NCBI GenBank assembly: GCA_964016885.1
Contig: OZ024740.1
Coordinates: 413,416,001 to 413,480,000, forward strand
Direction: 5' to 3'
Source of the DNA: Eledone cirrhosa
Taxonomy: Eukaryota
Length of the DNA stretch: 64,000 nt
A model generated the notes under the pieces. That model searched no databases, had not been told where the DNA came from, and worked only from the letters and a program-made list of their open reading frames with translations. The number at the start of each line of letters is the position of its first letter. Within the stretch, counting starts at the first letter, position 1. The translations under genes and the position numbers were made by a program. This document shows, piece after piece, positions 56,901 through 64,000 of the stretch.

Positions 56901-59900
56901 ATTATCTGTAAGTGAAACAACTTCAGTCTTACTCTATATTATCAGTAAGTGAAACAACTTCAGTCTTACTCTATATTATCAGTAAGTGAAACAACTTCAG
57001 TGTTACTCTTATATTATCAGTAAGTGAAACAAATTCAGTCTTACTTTATATTATCAGAAAGTGAAACAACTTCAGTCATACTCTATAATATCAGTAAGTG
57101 AAACAACTTCAGTCATACTCTATAATATCAGTATGTGAAACAGCTTCAGTGTTACTCGATATTATCAGTAAGTGAAACAACTTCAGTCTTACTCTATATT
57201 ATCATTAAGTGAAAAAGCATCAGTCTTACTCTATATTATCAGAAAGTGAAACAACTTCAGTCTTACTCTATAATATCAGTAAGTGAAACAACTTCTGTCG
57301 TACTCTATAATATCAGTAAGTGAAACAACTTCAGTGTTACTCTATTTTATCAGTAAGTGAAACAACTTCAGTCTTACTCTATTTTATCAGTAAGTCAAAC
57401 AACTTCAGTCTTAATCTATATTATCAGGAAGTGAAACAATTTCAGTCTTACCCTTATAATATCAGTAAGTGACACAACTTCAGTCTTGTTTGATATCAGT
57501 AAGTGAAACAACTTCAGCCTTACTCTATATTATCAGTAAGTGAAACAACTTCAGTCTTGTTTGATATCAGTAAGTGAAACAACTTCAGCCTTACTCTATA
57601 ATATCAGTGAGTAAAACAACTTCAGTCTTACTCAATATTATCAGTAAGTGAAACACCTTCAGTCTTACTCAATATTATCAGTACGTGTAACAACTTCACC
57701 CTTGCTCTATATTATCAGTAAGTGAAACAACTTCAGTCTTGCTTTATATCAGTAAGTGAAACAACTTCAGCCTTACTCTATAATATCAGTAAGTGAAACA
57801 ACTTCAGTCTTACTCTATATTATCAGTAAGTGAAACAACTTCAGGGTTACTCTTATATTATCAGTAAGTGAAACAATTCAGTCTTACTTTATAATATCAG
57901 TAAGTGAAACAACTTCAGTCATACTCTATAATATCAGTATGTGAAAAAGCTTCACTGTTACTCTATATTATCAGAAAGTGAAACAATTTCAGTCATACTC
58001 TATTATATCAATAGGTGAAACAGCTTCAGTGTTACTCTATATTATCTGTAAGTGAAACAACTTCAGTCTTACTCTATAATATCAGTAAGTGAAACAACTT
58101 CATCTTACTCTATATTATCAGTAAGTGAAACAACTCCAGTCTTACTCTATATTATCAGTAAGTGAAACAAATTCAGTCTTACTTTATATTATCAGAAAGT
58201 GAAACAACTTCAGTCATACTCTATAATATCAGTAAGTGAAACAACTTCAGTCATACTCTATAATATCAGTATGTGAAACAGCTTCAGTGTTACTCGATAT
58301 TATCAGTAAGTGAAAGAACTTCAGTCTTACTCTATATTATCATTAAGTGAAAAAGCATCAGTCTTACTCTATATTATCAGAAAGTGAAACAACTTCAGTC
58401 TTACTCTATAATATCAGTAAGTGAAACAACTTCTGTCGTACTCTATAATATCAGTAAGTGAAACAACTTCAGTGTTAGTCTATATTATCAGTAAGAGAAA
58501 CAACTTCAGTGTTACTCTATTTTATCAGTAAGTGAAACAACTTAAGCCTTACTCTATTTTATCAGTAAGTCAAACAACTTCAGTCTTAATCTATATTATC
58601 AGGAAGTGAAACAATTTCAGTCTTACTCTATATTATCAGTAAGTGAAACAACTTCAGTCTTACTCTATATTATCAGGAAGTGAAACAACTTCAGTCTTAC
58701 TCTATATTATCAGTAAGTGAAACAACTTCAGTGTTACTCTATATTATCAGAAAGGGAAACAACTTCAGTCTTACCCTTATAATATCAGTAAGTGACACAA
58801 CTTCAGTCTTGTTTGATATCAGTAAGTGAAACAACTTCAGCCTTACTCTATAATATCAGTGAGTGAAACAACTTCAGTCTTACTCAATATTATCAGTAAG
58901 TGAAACAACTTCAGCCTTACTCTATTTTATCAGTAAGTCAAACAACTTCAGTCTTACTCTATATTATCAGTAAGTGAAACAACTTCAGTCTTACTCTATA
59001 TTATCAGTAAGTGAAACGACTTCCGTCTTACTCTATATTATCAGTAAGTGAAACAACTTCAGTGTTACTCGATATTATCAGTAAGTGAAACAACTTCAGT
59101 CTTACTCTATATTATCATTAAGTGAAAAAGCATCAGTCTTACTCTATATTATCAGAAAGTGAAACAACTTCAGTCTTACTCTATAATATCAGTAAGTGAA
59201 ACAACTTCTGTCGTACTCTATAATATCAGTAAGTGAAACAACTTCAGTGTTAGTCTATATTATCAGTAAGAGAAACAACTTCAGTGTTACTCTATTTTAT
59301 CAGTAAGTGAAACAACTTCAGTCTTACTCTATTTTATCAGTAAGTCAAACAACTTCAGTCTTAATCTATATTATCAGGAAGTGAAACAATTTCAGTCTTA
59401 CCCTTATAATATCAGTAAGTGACACAACTTCAGTCTTGTTTGATATCAGTAAGTGAAACAACTTCAGCCTTACTCTATATTATCAGTAAGTGAAACAACT
59501 TCAGTCTTACTCTATAATATCTGTAAGTGAAAAAGCTTCAGTGTTACTCTTATATTATCAGTAACTGAAACAACTTCAGTCTTACTCTGTAATATCAGTA
59601 AGTGAAACAACTTCAGTCTTGTTTGATATCAGTAAGTGAAACAACTTCAGCCTTACTCTATAATATCAGTGAGTAAAACAACTTCAGTCTTACTCAATAT
59701 TATCAGTAAGTGAAACAACTTCAGTCTTACTCAATATTATCAGTACGTGTAACAACTTCACCCTTGCTCTATATTATCAGTAAGTGAAACAACTTCAGTC
59801 TTGCTTTATATCAGTAAGTGAAACAACTTCAGCCTTACTCTATAATATCAGTAAGTGAAACAACTTCAGTCTTACTCTATATTATCAGTAAGTGAATCAA

Positions 59901-62900
59901 ATTCAGGGTTACTCTTATATTATCAGTAAGTGAAACAATTCAGTCTTACTTTATAATATCAGTAAGTGAAACAACTTCAGTCATACTCTATAATATCAGT
60001 ATGTGAAAAAGCTTCACTGTTACTCTATATTATCAGAAAGTGAAAAAGCATCAGTCTTTCTCTATATTATCAGAAAGTGAAACAACTTCAGTCTTACTCT
60101 ATAATATCAGTAAGTTAAACAACTTCAGTCGTACTCTATAATATCAGTAAGTGAAACAACTTCAGTGTTAGTCTATATTATCAGTAAGAGAAACAACTTC
60201 AGTGTTACTCTATTTTATCAGTAAGTGAAACAACTTCAGCCTTACTCTATTTTATCAGTAAGTCAAACAACTTCAGTCTTAATCTATATTATCAGGAAGT
60301 GAAACAATTTCAGTCTTACTCTATATTATCAGTAAGTGAAACAACTTCAGTCTTACTCTATATTATCAGGAAGTGAAACAACTTCAGTTTTACTCTATAT
60401 TATCAGTAAGTGAAACAACTTCAGTGTTACTCTATATTATCAGAAAGGGAAACAACTTCAGTCTTACCCTTATAATATCAGTAAGTGACACAACTTCAGT
60501 CTTGTTTGATATCAGTAAGTGAAACATCTTTCAGCCTTACTCTATAATATCAGTGAGTGAAACAACTTCAGTCTTACTCAATATTATCAGTAAGTGAAAC
60601 AACTTCAGTCTTACTCAATATTATCAGTACGTGTAACAACTTCACCCTTACTCTATATTATCAGTAAGTGAAACGACTTCCGTCTTACTCTATATTATCA
60701 GTAAGTGAAACAACTTCAGTCTTACTCTGTAATATCAGAAAGTGAAACAACTTCAGTCATACTCTATAATATCAGTAAGTGAAACAGCTTCAGTGTTACT
60801 CTATATTATCAGAAAGTGAAACAACTTCAGTCATACTCTATAATATCAGTAAGTGAAACAGCTTCAGTGTTACTCTATATTATCAGAAAGTGAAACAACT
60901 TCAGTCATACTCTATAATATCAGTAAGTGAAACAGCATCAGTGTTACTCTATATTTGTTTCTACTTTTAGGCACAAGGCCAGCAATAAACCAGTACATTA
61001 CTGGTACTTTATTTTATCGACCCCGTAAGAATGAAAGGCAAAGTCAACCTCTGCGGGACTTGAACTCCCTCGTAAAGGGACGTAAAAAAGCTGGAAAGCA
61101 TGGCGTCCAATCCTCTAACGATACTGCCAATCCACCACCTACCTATACTGCCAATCCACCGCCTTGTTACTCTATATTATCAGTAAGTCATACAACTTCA
61201 GTCTCACTCTATATTATCAGTAAGTGAAACAACTTCAGTCTTACTCTATATTATCAGTAAGTGAAACAACTTCAGTCATACTCTATATTATCAGTAAGTG
61301 AAACAACTTCAGGCTTACTCTTATAATATCAGTAAGTGAAACAACTTCAGTCTTGCTTTATATCAGTAAGTGAAACAACTTCAGCCTTACTCTATAATAT
61401 CAGTAAGTGAAACAACTTCAGCCTTACTCTATATTATCAGTAAGTGAAACAACTTCAGTCTTACTCTATAATATCTGTAAGTGAAACAACTTCAGTCTTG
61501 TTTGATATCAGTAAGTGAAACAACTTCAGCCTTACTCTATAATATCAGTGAGTAAAACAACTTCAGTCTTACTCAATATTATCAGTAAGTGAAACAACTT
61601 CAGTCTTACTCAATATTATCAGTACGTGTAACAACTTCACCCTTGCTCTATATTATCAGTAAGTGAAACAACTTCAGCCTTACTCTATAATATCAGTAAG
61701 TGAAACAACTTCAGTCTTACTCTATATTATCAGTAAGTGAAACAACTTCAGGGTTACTCTTATATTATCAGTAAGTGAAACAATTCAGTCTTACTTTATA
61801 ATATCAGTAAGTGAAACAACTTCAGTCATACTCTATAATATCAGTATGTGAAAAAGCTTCACTGTTACTCTATATTATCAGAAAGTGAAACAACTTCAGT
61901 CATACTCTATTATATCAATAGGTGAAACAGCTTCAGTGTTACTCTATATTATCTGTAAGTGAAACAACTTCAGTCTTACTCTATAATATCAGTAAGTGAA
62001 ACAACTTCAGTCTTACTCTATATTATCAGTAAGTGAAACAACTTCAGTCTTACTCTATATTATCTGTAAGTGAAACAACTTCAGTCTTACTCTATATTAT
62101 CAGTAAGTGAAACAACTTCAGTCTTACTCTATATTATCAGTAAGTGAAACAACTTCAGTGTTACTCTTATATTATCAGTAAGTGAAACAAATTCAGTCTT
62201 ACTTTATATTATCAGAAAGTGAAACAACTTCAGTCATACTCTATAATATCAGTAAGTGAAACAACTTCAGTCATACTCTATAATATCAGTATGTGAAACA
62301 GCTTCAGTGTTACTCGATATTATCAGTAAGTGAAACAACTTCAGTCTTACTCTATATTATCATTAAGTGAAAAAGCATCAGTCTTACTCTATATTATCAG
62401 AAAGTGAAACAACTTCAGTCTTACTCTATAATATCAGTAAGTGAAACAACTTCTGTCGTACTCTATAATATCAGTAAAGTGAAACAACTTCAGTGTTAGT
62501 CTATATTATCAGTAAGAGAAACAACTTCAGTGTTACTCTATTTTATCAGTAAGTGAAACAACTTCAGTCTTACTCTATTTTATCAGTAAGTCAAACAACT
62601 TCAGTCTTAATCTATATTATCAGGAAGTGAAACAATTTCAGTCTTACCCTTATAATATCAGTAAGTGACACAACTTCAGTCTTGTTTGATATCAGTAAGT
62701 GAAACAACTTCAGCCTTACTCTATATTATCAGTAAGTGAAACAACTTCAGTCTTACTCTATAATATCTGTAAGTGAAACAGCTTCAGTGTTACTCTTATA
62801 TTATCAGTAACTGAAACAACTTCAGTCTTACTCTGTAATATCAGTAAGTGAAACAACTTCAGTCTTGTTTGATATCAGTAAGTGAAACAACTTCAGCCTT

Positions 62901-63780
62901 ACTCTATAATATCAGTGAGTAAAACAACTTCAGTCTTACTCAATATTATCAGTAAGTGAAACAACTTCAGTCTTACTCAATATTATCAGTACGTGTAACA
63001 ACTTCACCCTTGCTCTATATTATCAGTAAGTGAAACAACTTCAGTCTTGCTTTATATCAGTAAGTGAAACAACTTCAGCCTTACTCTATAATATCAGTAA
63101 GTGAAACAACTTCAGTCTTACTCTATATTATCAGTAAGTGAAACAACTTCAGGGTTACTCTTATATTATCAGTAAGTGAAACAATTCAGTCTTACTTTAT
63201 AATATCAGTAAGTGAAACAACTTCAGTCATACTCTATAATATCAGTATGTGAAAAAGCTTCACTGTTACTCTATATTATCAGAAAGTGAAACAACTTCAG
63301 TCATACTCTATTATATCAATAGGTGAAACAGCTTCAGTGTTACTCTATATTATCTGTAAGTGAAACAACTTCAGTCTTACTCTATAATATCAGTAAGTGA
63401 AACAACTTCAGTCATACTCTATAATATCAGTATGTGAAACAGCTTCAGTGTTACTCGATATTATCAGTAAGTGAAACAACTTCAGTCTTACTCTATATTA
63501 TCATTAAGTGAAAAAGCATCAGTCTTACTCTATATTATCAGAAAGTGAAACAACTTCAGTCTTACTCTATAATATCAGTAAGTGAAACAACTTCTGTCGT
63601 ACTCTATAATATCAGTAAGTGAAACAACTTCAGTGTTAGTCTATATTATCAGTAAGAGAAACAACTTCAGTGTTACTCTATTTTATCAGTAAGTGAAACA
63701 ACTTCAGCCTTACTCTATTTTATCAGTAAGTCAATCAACTTCAGTCTTAATCTATATTATCAGGAAGTGAAACAACTTCA
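53950..63780 (+). repeat. Distal SINE-poor sub-array with a ~1.2-kb (~33-monomer) higher-order repeat
   Basis: GTGAAAAAGCATC at 54781, 55995 and 57209 (1214-bp spacing), then 58347. Domain-specific variants include CTTACCCTTA, GTTTGATATC, CTCGATATT, CAGGGTTAC and ATCAATAGGTG. Confidence 0.9.
60956..61164 (-). mobile_element. SINE copy 28 (A, distal type, most private changes)
   Basis: GTCCAATCC shared with copy 27; private AATAAACCAG, CTCTGCGGG, CTCCCTCG and CGTAAAAAAG. Confidence 0.9.
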
Positions 63781-63985
63781 GTCTTACTCTATATTATCAG
63801 TAAGTCATACAACTTCAGTCTGACCCTATATTATCAGTAAGTGAAACAACTTCAGTCTTACTCTATATTATCAGTAAGTCATACAACTTCAGTCTGACTC
63901 TATATTATCAGTAAGTGAAACAACTTCAGTCTTACTCTATATTATCAGTAAGTCATACAACTTCAGTCTGACTCTATATTATCAG
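63762..63985 (+). repeat. 74-bp dimeric repeat (consensus monomer alternating with a GTCATAC/GTCTGAC monomer)
   Basis: AGTCATAC at 63803, 63877 and 63951. Confidence 0.85.
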
Positions 63986-64000
63986 AAAGTGAAACAACTT

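Larger units (their letters stand above)
1..64000 (+). repeat. 37-bp satellite array (consensus AGTAAGTGAAACAACTTCAGTCTTACTCTATATTATC), running off both window ends
   Basis: Directly visible tandem monomers in one orientation throughout. Recurrent variants include a 38-mer (..GTGTTACTCTTATATTATC), a 34-mer (..GTCTTGCTTTATATC) and 36-mers. The consensus has 11/37 G+C and no CpG. Confidence 0.99.

Noticed and set aside
1590-61164. Integron-like or site-specific cassette array, or DNA transposon/MITE
   Set aside because: There are no terminal inverted repeats, no recombinase or transposase, and no cassette diversity. Shared flanking variants point to passive co-amplification.
1-64000. CRISPR array (37-bp palindromic unit; one rotation reads GTCTTACT...AGTAAGTGAAAC with a GAAAC end)
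   Set aside because: Monomers abut directly with no unique spacers, the repeats themselves vary, and there is no leader or cas gene. The only interruptions are near-identical SINE copies.
1-64000. Telomeric repeat, or bacterial -10 boxes (TATAAT in many monomers)
   Set aside because: There is no G-rich short telomeric unit. TATAAT is a one-base variant of TATATT in AT-rich satellite with no genes downstream.

Overview
The whole 64-kb window is one head-to-tail array of an AT-rich (~30% GC) 37-bp satellite, consensus AGTAAGTGAAACAACTTCAGTCTTACTCTATATTATC, with 34/36/38-bp variants. It is interrupted 28 times, always at the same monomer position and orientation, by a 209-bp tRNA-derived SINE on the minus strand (A box, B box GTTCAAGTCC, GGCGG/CCGCC acceptor stem). 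Each SINE is flanked by a 14-bp target-site duplication cut from the monomer. From memory, not a search, it resembles abundant octopus/cephalopod tRNA-SINEs, so this is probably eukaryotic heterochromatic satellite. The copies appear to come from one insertion amplified with the array through nested higher-order repeats (74 bp, 148 bp, 1.2 kb, 4.4-5.6 kb, ~8 kb, ~18.5 kb). I see no credible protein-coding gene, CRISPR array or cas gene; all listed ORFs are repeat artefacts. The most notable points are the single-origin SINE-satellite composite, an A-box duplication that puts the insert within 1 bp of the 37-bp register, and terminator-less Pol III promoters pointing into the satellite. Functional readings of these are hypotheses only.
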